64,000 nt of DNA. Origin: an uncultured Actinomyces sp. Lineage in GTDB: Bacteria > Actinomycetota > Actinomycetes > Actinomycetales > Actinomycetaceae. Positions 49,139-60,795 of the stretch are shown one piece after another. Made by a program: the position numbers and the translations under genes. Location of the stretch: NCBI GenBank assembly GCA_938014245.1, contig CALLSD010000060.1:44863-108862 (forward strand). The letters run 5' to 3'. Below the pieces are notes generated by a model that saw only the letters and a list, made by a program, of their open reading frames with translations, was not told the DNA's origin and made no database searches. Each line of letters opens with the position of its first letter. Within the stretch, counting starts at the first letter, position 1.

Positions 49139-52100
49139 ATGGGTAACAAACAGGTACGGATAGAGATTGGCTCGGGATTTTCCGGCCTTCCTCACCTCGA
49201 TGATCATCAGCGTGCACTCCTCCAACGCATGATGAGCTCCGACGCTGTACTTCGCGGTGCTCCTGGAAGCGGAAAGACCACACTCCTGCTCAGCGCAGTC
49301 GCAGAGCTCGTTCGACAGGGACGCAGCTTCCTTGTGCTTACTCCTGACCGTTCGCGGGCCGATGCACTGACGCCAGCTGTCCAAAGTATGGCTCCCGATG
49401 CTGTTCGTCCTGTACGCACGCCCACAGCTTGGGCGTATTCGATTGTTTCTCAGTGGCGCAATACGCGTGACGAACCTCTGGGGGACGTTGAACTGCTCAC
49501 CGGTGCAAGCATCGATCGTCTGATCGCGCAGCTTCTTGAGACAACGACCCTCAACTGGCCGGAAGATCTCTCGCAAACTATTCAAACGCTACCCGCTTTT
49601 AAGATGGAGCTGCGCTATCTCATTGATCTTGCTGCCGAGGCAGGGCTTGCCCCCGACAGCCTTGCAGAACTTGCAAACATCCATTCAATCCCGCAATGGG
49701 AGGCCGTCGCATTCCTCCTGCGCAAATGGCAAGAGATCCCCGAACTTGCAGTGGAATACCGTGGAACAATGCAAGCTCACGGCGCTGCCCTTGGTCGCAG
49801 TGCAGCGCGACTGCTTTCGCGCTGGGATCAAGACATTGAGACTTTGCGGCTCCGCAGTGAAACACCACTACCGCAGTGCATCCTCATTGATGATCTGCAG
49901 GATTGCACGCCTTCGCTTCTTCCACTGCTTCAAAGCGCGCGCCAACACGGCACCCAGATCATTGCTTTTTCCAATCCGGACGTATCCGTGACCGCGTATA
50001 AGCGCGGTTACGCGAACCTCGACCTTGATCTCGCAAAAGTCTTAGGCGTCGATATTGACGATTGCGGCGGAAGCTATCATTCAACTCCGCGACTGCATGA
50101 ACTGAATCGCCAGATCAGTTCGCATATCACCCAATCCGGTCCAATTTCTCGGCGTTTGGCCCCATTCCTCGGAGGAACAACAGATACAGAAACCCCGGTA
50201 CGAATCCACTCCTGTGCAAGCTCAGCACAGATGGGTGCGGCAATCGGCTACGCCTTGCGATCCCACCATCTTCACGACGATATTCCCTGGTCCCGCCAAC
50301 TTGTTCTTGTCCGCTCTCAGTCCCTCATTCAACAGGCGCGAAGGGCTCTCAAGCGGAGCTATATTCCCCTCGCCGGAGGACAACAAGCCTTCGACTTTGC
50401 CGCCAACTCAATGACATCGGCACTACTGACATCGCTGATTCCGCACAGTGACAGCGCAGCCCAGCTCATCGACCTGTGGCTTCGCTCCGACCTTATTTCA
50501 ATCGATACGCTTCACGTCAGATCAGCAATTCAGAACTACGTGTGGGCGCACAGTGAAACTGTCCGCGACGGAGTCCTCTCACAGCATTTAACAACAGACA
50601 TGCTTTCTCGGATCCTCGCGGATTCCGATTCTCTGCCACACCATGTCGAAACAGAACTACGCAAACTACTTACGGCCTCGTCCCTGTGGAAAGAAAGCCC
50701 AGGACTGAGCGCAGAAGAAGGCCTATGGAAGGCCTGGGAGACGGCAGATGTCGCCCAAGCCCTGAGCGATCGAGCACTCGCTCAAGACGCCGATTCCGAC
50801 TATTACGACGACATCCTCGACGCGGTGATTGCGCTTTTCCGCGTCGCAGACATCTGGCAGCAGCGCAATCCTCAAGGAAACGCCGCAGACTTCGCAGCCG
50901 AGCTGCTCCAATCGGACGTTCCCATCGACACAATCGCGCGAACAGCACTTCGCCGTGAAGGTGTTCACGTGCTGACCCCAGAACAAGCAATGGGGAAACA
51001 CTGGGACACCGTTGCGATCTACGGACTCCAAGATGGCTCATGGCCGGATCTACGCCTCGGGCACCGGCTGTTGCGGGGCGACCTCCTCACGGACATTCTC
51101 CGCCTCGATTCTGCCGAAAACGAAAGCACTCCCAGCGAAACAACACCTCTTCTTGACGATCCACGCATTCAACGTCGAACCATCCTGGACAATGAACTGC
51201 GCCGCTTGCTTGCCGCAACATCAAGAGCAACGCGCTTCCTCCACATCGGCGTCGTCTCGAATGAGGACCAAGCTCCTTCACAATTCGTCGAGCTCATCGC
51301 GAAGGCAAGTGGAATCGAGATCCCTGAAGAAGGATTCACACCAGAAGAAGTACCCCCATCTTTGGATCTATCAGGTCATGTTGCGCGGCTGCGATTCCTT
51401 GCAACTCAAGAAGACGACCAAACTCGTGAACTCGCGGCCAATCTTCTTGCTCTACTCGCCCAGCGCGGCGTTCACAGCGCTCAGCCGGACAAATGGATCG
51501 GCGCAGGGGGAATCAGCTCCGATAGCGCAATTTACGGACAACAGAACGTCTCCATCAGCCCCTCCAGCTTCGACACTGCGCGTGCGTGTATTTTGCGTTG
51601 GTTCTTCTCGGCAAACAGTGGCTCATCTGTGCCCACACAAAGCGCTGCCGATGGGACACTCATCCACAGCCTCGCCGAGCGGTTCCCGCACGGACCAAAA
51701 CAAGCCGTTGTCAAGGCTCTCGAAGAAGAAATCCAAGCGATGGATCTGGACGAAGAACCTGCAGCAACCAAGATTCATCTCAACCATCTCCGTGACATGG
51801 CTTCGGCGCTAGGGGAGTACCTAGAAGGTGCTACAGGCGAAGTACGCGTCGAAGTCCCCTTCGACGTTCCCGTATCAAGCGTGAACATTCGTGGCCGGAT
51901 GGACCGATTAGAGGTCAGCGGTGAAGGCGCGCGGATCATCGACTTCAAGACCGGGAAAAAGGGTGCAAAAGGCAAAATTAAAACCGATCCCGACCACCCG
52001 CAATTGGCTCTGTATCAATTGGCTGCAGAAGAACTCGGCTACACGATCATCGATGCTGAACTGAAATACCTCGGATACGGAGATGTTCGGACAATCCTCC

Positions 52101-52273
52101 AAGAGCCACTCGATGACGACAGTAAAAATGACTGGATCAGCCAACTCGACGAGGTCGCTTCACGGATGCGAGGCCCGCACTTTATAGCCACGCCATCCGA
52201 CGAAGCATGCAGATACTGCGAATTCACCAGATCCTGCCCGGCGAAGGACCAAGGAAAAAGGAGCGTCGAGTAA
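49139..52273 (+). CDS. adnA: AdnA-like helicase-nuclease subunit
   Basis: GAPGSGKTT, degenerate DDLQD, RGRMDR..IIDFKTG..QLALY, Fe-S Cys motif C...CRYCEFTRSCP. Confidence 0.82.
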   Translation: MGNKQVRIEIGSGFSGLPHLDDHQRALLQRMMSSDAVLRGAPGSGKTTLLLSAVAELVRQGRSFLVLTPDRSRADALTPAVQSMAPDAVRPVRTPTAWAYSIVSQWRNTRDEPLGDVELLTGASIDRLIAQLLETTTLNWPEDLSQTIQTLPAFKMELRYLIDLAAEAGLAPDSLAELANIHSIPQWEAVAFLLRKWQEIPELAVEYRGTMQAHGAALGRSAARLLSRWDQDIETLRLRSETPLPQCILIDDLQDCTPSLLPLLQSARQHGTQIIAFSNPDVSVTAYKRGYANLDLDLAKVLGVDIDDCGGSYHSTPRLHELNRQISSHITQSGPISRRLAPFLGGTTDTETPVRIHSCASSAQMGAAIGYALRSHHLHDDIPWSRQLVLVRSQSLIQQARRALKRSYIPLAGGQQAFDFAANSMTSALLTSLIPHSDSAAQLIDLWLRSDLISIDTLHVRSAIQNYVWAHSETVRDGVLSQHLTTDMLSRILADSDSLPHHVETELRKLLTASSLWKESPGLSAEEGLWKAWETADVAQALSDRALAQDADSDYYDDILDAVIALFRVADIWQQRNPQGNAADFAAELLQSDVPIDTIARTALRREGVHVLTPEQAMGKHWDTVAIYGLQDGSWPDLRLGHRLLRGDLLTDILRLDSAENESTPSETTPLLDDPRIQRRTILDNELRRLLAATSRATRFLHIGVVSNEDQAPSQFVELIAKASGIEIPEEGFTPEEVPPSLDLSGHVARLRFLATQEDDQTRELAANLLALLAQRGVHSAQPDKWIGAGGISSDSAIYGQQNVSISPSSFDTARACILRWFFSANSGSSVPTQSAADGTLIHSLAERFPHGPKQAVVKALEEEIQAMDLDEEPAATKIHLNHLRDMASALGEYLEGATGEVRVEVPFDVPVSSVNIRGRMDRLEVSGEGARIIDFKTGKKGAKGKIKTDPDHPQLALYQLAAEELGYTIIDAELKYLGYGDVRTILQEPLDDDSKNDWISQLDEVASRMRGPHFIATPSDEACRYCEFTRSCPAKDQGKRSVE

Positions 52274-52275
52274 CC

Positions 52276-55200
52276 ATGGACCTTAGAAAACTGGACGTCG
52301 ACGAGATTCTTCGCATGGCGACTCCACGCTCCAAACCTTTCCTTGCACCCACGGAAGAACAACGCGCGGTTATTCAAGCTCCACTTGAACCACTCCTCGT
52401 CGTTGCAGGAGCAGGCGCTGGAAAAACAACCACGATGTCGCAGCGGGTACTCTACATGGTCGCCCACCACGGCATCGATCCCGAGCGTATCCTTGGCCTG
52501 ACCTTTACACGAAAAGCCGCCGGTGAGCTCGGGCTGAAAATGCGCCAAGACCTTGCCACTCTTGCCTCGAATAGTGGGCAGGAATTTGTTGGAGAGCCTA
52601 CCGCTCTCACATATAACTCTTTCGCCGCGCGGATCCTGGGAGAATACGGCGCAACAATCGGCGTTGATCCAGACTCTCGGCTCATCGGACAGGCACAACA
52701 AGTCCAGGTGCTCAGCAGTATCGTCGAAAACTGGAGAGGTGAATACCCCCAAAGCGATGAGCAATACAAGCCGACCGCAACCATCGTTGCCGCCGTCCTA
52801 TCTTTGTCTGGGCATATCGCCGAGCAAAACATGACGCTGGACGATGGGCGAATAGCTCTGAGTGCATTTCAAAAAGAACTTGAAGAAGTTGCTTCAATCT
52901 CCGGAAAGGAGCCGACGGGGAATCTCAAGAAAATGATTGAGGCGAATCGTAATCGCCTGCTCCTTCTTGATATCGCAGAAGCTTTCGAAAGCTATAAGCG
53001 TGCCCACGGTCTCATCGATTTTTCTGATCAACTTCTCCTGGCAACACAAATCGTTACCTCGAACAAAGACGTCGTGCGCCAAGTTCGAAGCGACTACCAG
53101 GCAGTTCTTCTTGACGAATTTCAAGACACCTCGGTCATCCAGATGGTCTTCTTGTCTGCTCTCTTTGCAGACCACCCAACTACCGCTGTCGGCGACCCCA
53201 GTCAGGCAATCTATGGTTGGCGCGGAGCTTCTGCCTCGGCCCTCAGTGATTTCCTCACTCGCTTTTCTCCGTGCCACGACGCGTCGCAATTGGTTCTCTC
53301 AACAGCTTGGCGAAATGACCAGACAATCCTTGATGCAGCAAATGCGATCGCTCAGCCCCTGCGGGGACAAGCACGCATTGGTAATGGCAGCAACGCCCTT
53401 ACTCGTGAATCAAAACCACAACGAATTACAGTCCCAGTTCTTGCTCCACGCCCAAACGCTGGCTGCGGACAAGTCAGCACCAGCTATCCCCTCACCTATG
53501 ATGAGCAACTCCAAGCGGTCGTCGAATTCGCTCGACAACATCGAGTCCAAGACGAACACGGGAAGTGGAATACCTGTGCAGTACTATCTCGACGTCGCTC
53601 GGACTTCCCCGCGATAGAACGGGCGCTTAAAGACGCTGATATCCCCGTGCAAGTCGTCGGACTCGGTGGACTTCTCGACCAAGCAGCGGTCAGCGATGTT
53701 CGGGCGGCACTTGATCTTGCAGCAGACCCCGCGAATGCCCCCGCTCTCATGCGCCTCGTCACTGGAATGGATATCGGCGCATCCGATCTACTGGTTCTTA
53801 ACCAGTACGCAAAACAACAGGCACATCAAATGACGCAGGGGCTTGTCGCGCATCCAGAATTCAGTTTGATCGAGGCAATTGACCAGCTTCCCCCGATTGG
53901 CTGGCACTCCTCATCAGGCGGGCCAGAATTCAGCGAGGTCGCCCATCAACGTCTGTCTCTTCTTGCCAAACGTCTTCAAGTCATACGCCAGGGGATGGGG
54001 CGTGCACTTGATGAACAAGTCGAACGCGCCATATCCATCCTGGGACTTCGCGAGGCAATCATGTCTGATCCCCTTGGAGATCAGGGCATGGAGATGCTCG
54101 ACGCATTCGTTGACATCGCAGCCGAGTATGAAGCGCAAGTGTCTGGCGCAGACCTGCCAGGATTCCTCGCATGGCTCCAAGTCGCTGAAGACGAAGAAAA
54201 AGGCCTCGCAATCCCTGTGAGCGCGACTCGACCTGACGCAGTTCAACTGCTGACAATCCACTCGGCAAAAGGACTGGAATGGGATTCAGTCGCTGTTTTC
54301 GGCCTGCAAGATTCAGTCTTCCCCGATCACAAGTCAAAGCCACGAGACTGGAAGCAAGACCCACCGGGAACAACAGAATGGTTCTCCTCGATTGAAGAAC
54401 TTCCGTATCCCGTGCGGAGAGACTATGCCGATCTGCCACACATGGTTCCTGAAGAATACAGCTCAATGGGAATTGTCGAGTACTTTGATCTCCTTGCCCA
54501 AGAAGCAGAGAGAAAAACGACTACTCCAATGAGCATCTTCAACAAGCATGTTGCCTCCAACAAGGATGCGAATCAGACAGCGGATACCGTCCACAGCAGG
54601 CAAGGAATTCACCATGAGCTCGAAGAACGACGCTTGGCCTACGTCGCATGGACGCGTGCCCGCCACGATCTGCTGTTGCTTGGATCATGGGTTGGCGCAA
54701 CCAGTGTGACTCCACGCGATCCCTCGCGTTACCTCATGGAAACTGTGAATGCGCTCGGTCTTGATGAAAGCACTATCGCAGCTCGTCCTGAAGAAGACAT
54801 TGCGGATCAATCCCTGATAGAAATCGACCCAAGGCTACGGCAATATCCGATTCTTCCCGGACGCTCGCGTCAGCTCGTCAACGCAAGTGCAACGCGCGTT
54901 CAAGAACTCATCGACACCCCGACACAGCTCCTAGAAGAAACACTGAAAACTCAGCTCGATAACCCTCTTGTCCGCGATACTTTCTTGCTCATGACAGAGC
55001 GTGAACGCGCACGCCAAGACGCGACTGAAATTCGTATTGACCGTGTTCCCGCAACCAGTATTTCAACCCTGATTGATGACGGTGATTCCTGGGTGCGTAG
55101 GCTGAGGCGGCCTTTGCCAACTCCACCACAGCGCAGCTCCCTCCTAGGCACTATTTTCCACATGTGGGTCGAAAAACAGCTCCACCTGACAACCGGCGAG

Positions 55201-55683
55201 CTCTGGGACAACCCCGTCGTCGGTCTTGAAGCTCTCAGCGCAAGGGAACAGGAAAGGCTTTCCCTCATGCAAGAGAACTTCCGCTCTCTTGACTTGAGCT
55301 CTCTTATTCCTGTTGCCATCGAAGAGCCCTTCGCTCTGAACTATTCAGGAGTATCCGTTCAAGGTCGCATTGACGCTGTCTTTCGTGACTCGCATGGCAA
55401 CGACATTGTCATCGATTGGAAGACATCCCAAGTGCCCGGCCCCGCTACCAGCATCGAGAAATGGGAATACTACGCACGCCAGCTCCAGCTCTATCGTGTT
55501 GCATGGGCGAATAAACGCGGTATTACGCCAGAACAGGTGCAGGCTAGTGTCTATTTCATTGGCGGGCCCGTGGACTTCTCTCTCGAAGACATCGCGAAAA
55601 TTACCAACAAACCAGTCGATCGACTGGAAAGCGACCTCGCCCGAGCACTGAGTGAACTCGTTGTGAATAACCCAAAGATCTAA
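52276..55683 (+). CDS. adnB: AdnB-like ATP-dependent helicase-nuclease subunit
   Basis: AGAGAGKT, LTFTRKAA, DEFQDTS, QAIYGWRG, TIHSAKGLEW, YVAWTRAR, GRIDAV..IDWKT..QLQLY. Confidence 0.88.
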   Translation: MDLRKLDVDEILRMATPRSKPFLAPTEEQRAVIQAPLEPLLVVAGAGAGKTTTMSQRVLYMVAHHGIDPERILGLTFTRKAAGELGLKMRQDLATLASNSGQEFVGEPTALTYNSFAARILGEYGATIGVDPDSRLIGQAQQVQVLSSIVENWRGEYPQSDEQYKPTATIVAAVLSLSGHIAEQNMTLDDGRIALSAFQKELEEVASISGKEPTGNLKKMIEANRNRLLLLDIAEAFESYKRAHGLIDFSDQLLLATQIVTSNKDVVRQVRSDYQAVLLDEFQDTSVIQMVFLSALFADHPTTAVGDPSQAIYGWRGASASALSDFLTRFSPCHDASQLVLSTAWRNDQTILDAANAIAQPLRGQARIGNGSNALTRESKPQRITVPVLAPRPNAGCGQVSTSYPLTYDEQLQAVVEFARQHRVQDEHGKWNTCAVLSRRRSDFPAIERALKDADIPVQVVGLGGLLDQAAVSDVRAALDLAADPANAPALMRLVTGMDIGASDLLVLNQYAKQQAHQMTQGLVAHPEFSLIEAIDQLPPIGWHSSSGGPEFSEVAHQRLSLLAKRLQVIRQGMGRALDEQVERAISILGLREAIMSDPLGDQGMEMLDAFVDIAAEYEAQVSGADLPGFLAWLQVAEDEEKGLAIPVSATRPDAVQLLTIHSAKGLEWDSVAVFGLQDSVFPDHKSKPRDWKQDPPGTTEWFSSIEELPYPVRRDYADLPHMVPEEYSSMGIVEYFDLLAQEAERKTTTPMSIFNKHVASNKDANQTADTVHSRQGIHHELEERRLAYVAWTRARHDLLLLGSWVGATSVTPRDPSRYLMETVNALGLDESTIAARPEEDIADQSLIEIDPRLRQYPILPGRSRQLVNASATRVQELIDTPTQLLEETLKTQLDNPLVRDTFLLMTERERARQDATEIRIDRVPATSISTLIDDGDSWVRRLRRPLPTPPQRSSLLGTIFHMWVEKQLHLTTGELWDNPVVGLEALSAREQERLSLMQENFRSLDLSSLIPVAIEEPFALNYSGVSVQGRIDAVFRDSHGNDIVIDWKTSQVPGPATSIEKWEYYARQLQLYRVAWANKRGITPEQVQASVYFIGGPVDFSLEDIAKITNKPVDRLESDLARALSELVVNNPKI

Positions 55684-55719
55684 AGAAAAAGAGGTGGTCC
55701 CGCAAAGCGCGGGACCACC
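55683..55719 (-). terminator. Terminator between convergent adnB and the phosphotransferase gene
   Basis: GGTGGTCCCGC..GCGGGACCACC preceded by an A-tract. Confidence 0.65.
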
Positions 55720-55726
55720 AATAGGT

Positions 55727-56902
55727 CTACTCGTGCGTCGGCAAAATAGCACTCATATCGAGGTGCTCTGTTGGTCCCTCGATCGCATCCGTGTGCCCCG
55801 CCTCGGTCTCAACCTCACCAGAAGGAGGAAGCTCTGCTTCGGTGTGCGCATCCTGAACTGATTGCGCATCCTGAACTGGGTGCGCGGCCTGGGCTGCGCG
55901 CACGTTCTTGGCTGTAGGAGCGGCCTCGGGCGATTCCGAATGCGCCGGCGCGACATCGGCTTCCTCGTGGCGCTTTGCGGAAGGTGTCTCACCGATGCTC
56001 GCCGACAAATCGGCCAACATTGCCCGGGCCTCGTCAACGATTTCTGAATCATCACTATGCAGGCCATGGACCAGCCAACGCACCACAGCGAGCTCGGACA
56101 AAAGCTCCGCGCGCTCAAGCAGATGCAAATCCTTCTCGGAACGCGTCTGCTGGTAGGCCTCGTGGAAACGCTCCAAAAACTCATCGGAAGCGCGAGCAAA
56201 AACCCACGCAATATCAACAGCTGGATCTCCCACGTGTGCCGAAGAAAAACCAGTCAGCGCGCAGACCCGACCGTGATCGACATGGATCGATGTCTCGGAC
56301 AGATCGCCGTGGATAGGGGAAGGGAGGAAGCGCCACAGGGACAAATTCTCCAAGGACTCTTCCCAGCGGTCCCACAAGTTCGCAGGAATAACGACTTCCT
56401 GCGCGGCCTCGTCCAAGACCGCCTGATGGCGATCGCGACACTCGATAGCTGAATACGCGGGAAGATTAGCCCCCGTGTAGATGAGCTCAGGAAGATTGTG
56501 CAGGGCCGCCAGCGCGTTCCCCAAAGACGCGGGAAGCAAATGAGGATCGTCGAAATCCGAGGTTTCCATGACTCGACCGCCAAGATCGCGGTGAACCATG
56601 ACTCGATCGCCCTCGGGGGTGCGGGTAAAACCAGCAGGACGTGGAATTTCAAAAGGGATCTTCGAAAAATCGTGAGCTTTCCCAAGGCGCTCTAAGACGG
56701 CGTTTTGGGCCTCCATGTCCAAACCACCAACCGTGTCATGTGGACATACGACCATCCAGCGGTCGCCAGAAGTGTCGATGAGACCGGTGACCGAGAGGAC
56801 TTCATCGCTGAACTGCGGGGGACGCAGTCCGGCAACTTCAAGGCGGGGGACCGCCACTGTCGCAAGGGCAGCAAGTTCGTAGGGGGTCTTTGATCGAGTC
56901 AC
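55727..56902 (-). CDS. APH/Mph-fold phosphotransferase-like protein
   Basis: LAALATVAVP, LAALH, IHGDL, GDPAVD; low-complexity tail. Confidence 0.8.
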   Translation of the reverse strand: MTRSKTPYELAALATVAVPRLEVAGLRPPQFSDEVLSVTGLIDTSGDRWMVVCPHDTVGGLDMEAQNAVLERLGKAHDFSKIPFEIPRPAGFTRTPEGDRVMVHRDLGGRVMETSDFDDPHLLPASLGNALAALHNLPELIYTGANLPAYSAIECRDRHQAVLDEAAQEVVIPANLWDRWEESLENLSLWRFLPSPIHGDLSETSIHVDHGRVCALTGFSSAHVGDPAVDIAWVFARASDEFLERFHEAYQQTRSEKDLHLLERAELLSELAVVRWLVHGLHSDDSEIVDEARAMLADLSASIGETPSAKRHEEADVAPAHSESPEAAPTAKNVRAAQAAHPVQDAQSVQDAHTEAELPPSGEVETEAGHTDAIEGPTEHLDMSAILPTHE

Positions 56903-56985
56903 GTTCTTGACCTTAGCGGTAGCATTCGCGCCAATACAGCAGGCGCAGCGATCATCAGTAAATTCATAACGTGATGAGGGTCTAA

Positions 56986-58416
<1,431 letters not shown>

Positions 58417-58431
58417 TTCGCAGGCTGTTTC

Positions 58432-58468
58432 AGGGGGCTTCACGCCGGTGGGCGTGGAGCCCCCTTTC
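58432..58468 (+). terminator. Terminator after gdhA
   Basis: AGGGGGCTTCACGCC..GGCGTGGAGCCCCCT-TTC. Confidence 0.7.
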
Positions 58469-58594
58469 CTGTACAAGGCGGGGGAGTGCGCTCAATGAAA
58501 CAGAGGGACTTCCTTTGGGGCTAGTGCGAAATGCAGGGCGCGCGTAGCATTTTCGATATCGCAATGATGCGGGCAGTGGACACGCGGAGGTTCA

Positions 58595-59209
58595 GTGATG
58601 TTCTGGGATCGGGTTGCGCCCCTTTATGACTTCTTCGAAAACACATTTAATCGCGGCGTGTATGGCGGAACAGGCGTCGCTGTCGCTCAGCTGGTTGGCC
58701 TCGAAGACGAGGTCCTTGAATGCGCCTGCGGAACCGGTGCAATCAGCACCTTCCTTGCGCCGATGTGCAAGAAGCTGGTTGCTACCGACTTTTCTGAGGG
58801 AATGCTCAAACAAGCACGGAAGAAACTTGCGAAATATCGCAATGTTACGGTCGAAAGAGCTGACATCACAAAGTTGCATTACGCGGACGATTCCTTCGAC
58901 ATCGTCATCGCAGGTAATGTCATCCATCTGCTTCCAGATCCTGGTGCTGCCATGAGGGAACTTGAACGAGTCGTCCGCGCCGGAGGCACTATCGTCGTCC
59001 CGACTTACGTCAAGCGTCGGCCAAGCAAACAAGGAATAATCCCGAAGATCCTTGCGAAGCTCGGTGCTGACTTCAAGGAACAATTCGATGTGGACTCCTA
59101 TCGAGCTTTCTTTGAAAAATTGGGATACCGCAACGTTACCTACACCGTTATTGACGGCCGCATTCCTTGTGTGATTGCTTCCTTCACCTGTAACAATGAA
59201 GAGCAATAG
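58595..59209 (+). CDS. Class I SAM-dependent methyltransferase
   Basis: FWDRVAPLYD, VLECACGTG, TDFSEGML, SFD, RVVRAGG. Confidence 0.88.
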   Translation: MMFWDRVAPLYDFFENTFNRGVYGGTGVAVAQLVGLEDEVLECACGTGAISTFLAPMCKKLVATDFSEGMLKQARKKLAKYRNVTVERADITKLHYADDSFDIVIAGNVIHLLPDPGAAMRELERVVRAGGTIVVPTYVKRRPSKQGIIPKILAKLGADFKEQFDVDSYRAFFEKLGYRNVTYTVIDGRIPCVIASFTCNNEEQ

Positions 59210-59240
59210 TCGTCACTGTTGAGCTCATCCGGAGTCTGAG

Positions 59241-59882
59241 ATGGCATTTGATTTTAAGAAGGAATATAAGGAACTCTACGCGCCTAAGAAAGGGCCGAGT
59301 ATCGTTGAAGTTCCACCGATGCGCTTCGTCGCTGTGCGTGGTAGTGGAGACCCTAATGACGCGGAGGGTGCTTACCAAAGGGCAATTTCTGTCCTATATG
59401 CCATTTCCTACACGATCAAGATGAGCAAGAAAGGCTCCCGTCAGATTGACGGATACGTCGATTTCGTCGTACCGCCACTCGAGGGATTCTGGTGGCAAGA
59501 CGGTGTCGAGGGCGCTGACTATTCCCACAAAGAGGCTTTCAACTGGATTTCCGTTATCCGGCTGCCTGACTTTGTTTCGCGCGAGGATTTCGACTGGGCG
59601 GTCCAGGAAGCGACGAAGAAAAAGAAAGTTGACTGCTCGGTGGCTGAGTACCTCACGATAGAAGAAGGCTTGTGCGTGCAGTGCCTGCACATTGGCAGCT
59701 ACGACGATGAGCCCGCCACTGTCGAGGCCATGCACGCCTATGCGCGTGAGTGCGGATACGCGATCGACCTGACGCAAGAGCGGCGTCACCACGAAATCTA
59801 TCTTTCAGACGCACGCAAAGTGGCACCTGACAAGCTCAAAACGATCATCCGCCACCCGATCAAAGTTTCACAACAGGAGTAA
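59241..59882 (+). CDS. GyrI-like small-molecule-binding protein
   Basis: DFKKEYKELY, GDPN, VVPPLEGFWW, HIGSYDDE, HHEIYLSD. Confidence 0.85.
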   Translation: MAFDFKKEYKELYAPKKGPSIVEVPPMRFVAVRGSGDPNDAEGAYQRAISVLYAISYTIKMSKKGSRQIDGYVDFVVPPLEGFWWQDGVEGADYSHKEAFNWISVIRLPDFVSREDFDWAVQEATKKKKVDCSVAEYLTIEEGLCVQCLHIGSYDDEPATVEAMHAYARECGYAIDLTQERRHHEIYLSDARKVAPDKLKTIIRHPIKVSQQE

Positions 59883-59955
59883 TGAACGAGTGTCTTCGCT
59901 TTTTCGCTCGCCTTTCTTGACGGTGTGGGCATAATGGTGAGAGCGCGGTGGGGAG

Positions 59956-60795
59956 GTGAAGAAACCGATGTGGATAGTGGCCGTAGTGGTGCTGGTCGTC
60001 TCGTGGAGCCTGGCTTTTCTCATGCTTGCCCTGCTTGTGCGTGCTCAGCATGAGCTCAAACGAGTTCTTGCAGAAAAAGAACGGCTGCGTCAATTGCATC
60101 AGGACTACATTGCCGGCCCCGCGGTCCTTTCACACGAATTACGCACCCCTTTGACTGTCGTTCGAGGAGCAGCTGAATTACTCGCTGATGGTTCTGCTGG
60201 CCCCATGAACGAGATGCAATTGAAATTCGCCAAAACGATCGCCGAGAACTCGAACCAGGTCATCGAGATGGCGGAGGACATGCTTGCAGAAATCCGGATG
60301 GAATCTGATCTGTTTAATCTTCGCTTGAAACGGGTTGAAATGCGTGAACTTGTTCGGCACAATGTTGCGCAACTTCGCCGCTTCCATTCGGCACCAATCC
60401 GCCTTGAAAATCATGGGGCTCCCATCCACATGTCCGTTGACCCGCGTTTGATGGGGCAGGCGATCGCTAATGTCATCAACAACGCTGCGCGTCACGCGGG
60501 TGATGGCGTCTCGATCCTCGTGAGCGTTCAAGACTCCGATGAAGATGTGACAATCGCAGTTGTTGATGATGGGCGCGGAATGACACCTGAAGAAAAAGAA
60601 CGCCTCTTCATTCCCTTCGATACCGGAGGATCCTTGCGTCCTGGAACGGGACTTGGAATGATGCTCACGCAAAAGATCCTGAGGTTGCACGGAGGAACGA
60701 TCCTTGTCGATACGATTGCTTCTAAAGGAACGACGTTTTATCTGACGATCCCGCGATCGCAGCGCAGCGCAACGGTGCCAAAGGAGGAGCAATGA
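59956..60795 (+). CDS. Sensor histidine kinase (single TM, HisKA + HATPase)
   Basis: SHELRTPL, NAARH, DDGRG, GTGLG. Confidence 0.9.
   Translation: MKKPMWIVAVVVLVVSWSLAFLMLALLVRAQHELKRVLAEKERLRQLHQDYIAGPAVLSHELRTPLTVVRGAAELLADGSAGPMNEMQLKFAKTIAENSNQVIEMAEDMLAEIRMESDLFNLRLKRVEMRELVRHNVAQLRRFHSAPIRLENHGAPIHMSVDPRLMGQAIANVINNAARHAGDGVSILVSVQDSDEDVTIAVVDDGRGMTPEEKERLFIPFDTGGSLRPGTGLGMMLTQKILRLHGGTILVDTIASKGTTFYLTIPRSQRSATVPKEEQ

Noticed and set aside
49139..55683. Helicase-nuclease pair as a novel defence system
   Set aside because: Architecture and neighbourhood match the housekeeping AdnAB DNA-repair complex.
55845..55878. Two copies of TGCGCATCCTGAACTG at an 18-bp period
   Set aside because: In-frame micro-duplication in a low-complexity protein tail; not a CRISPR or functional array.
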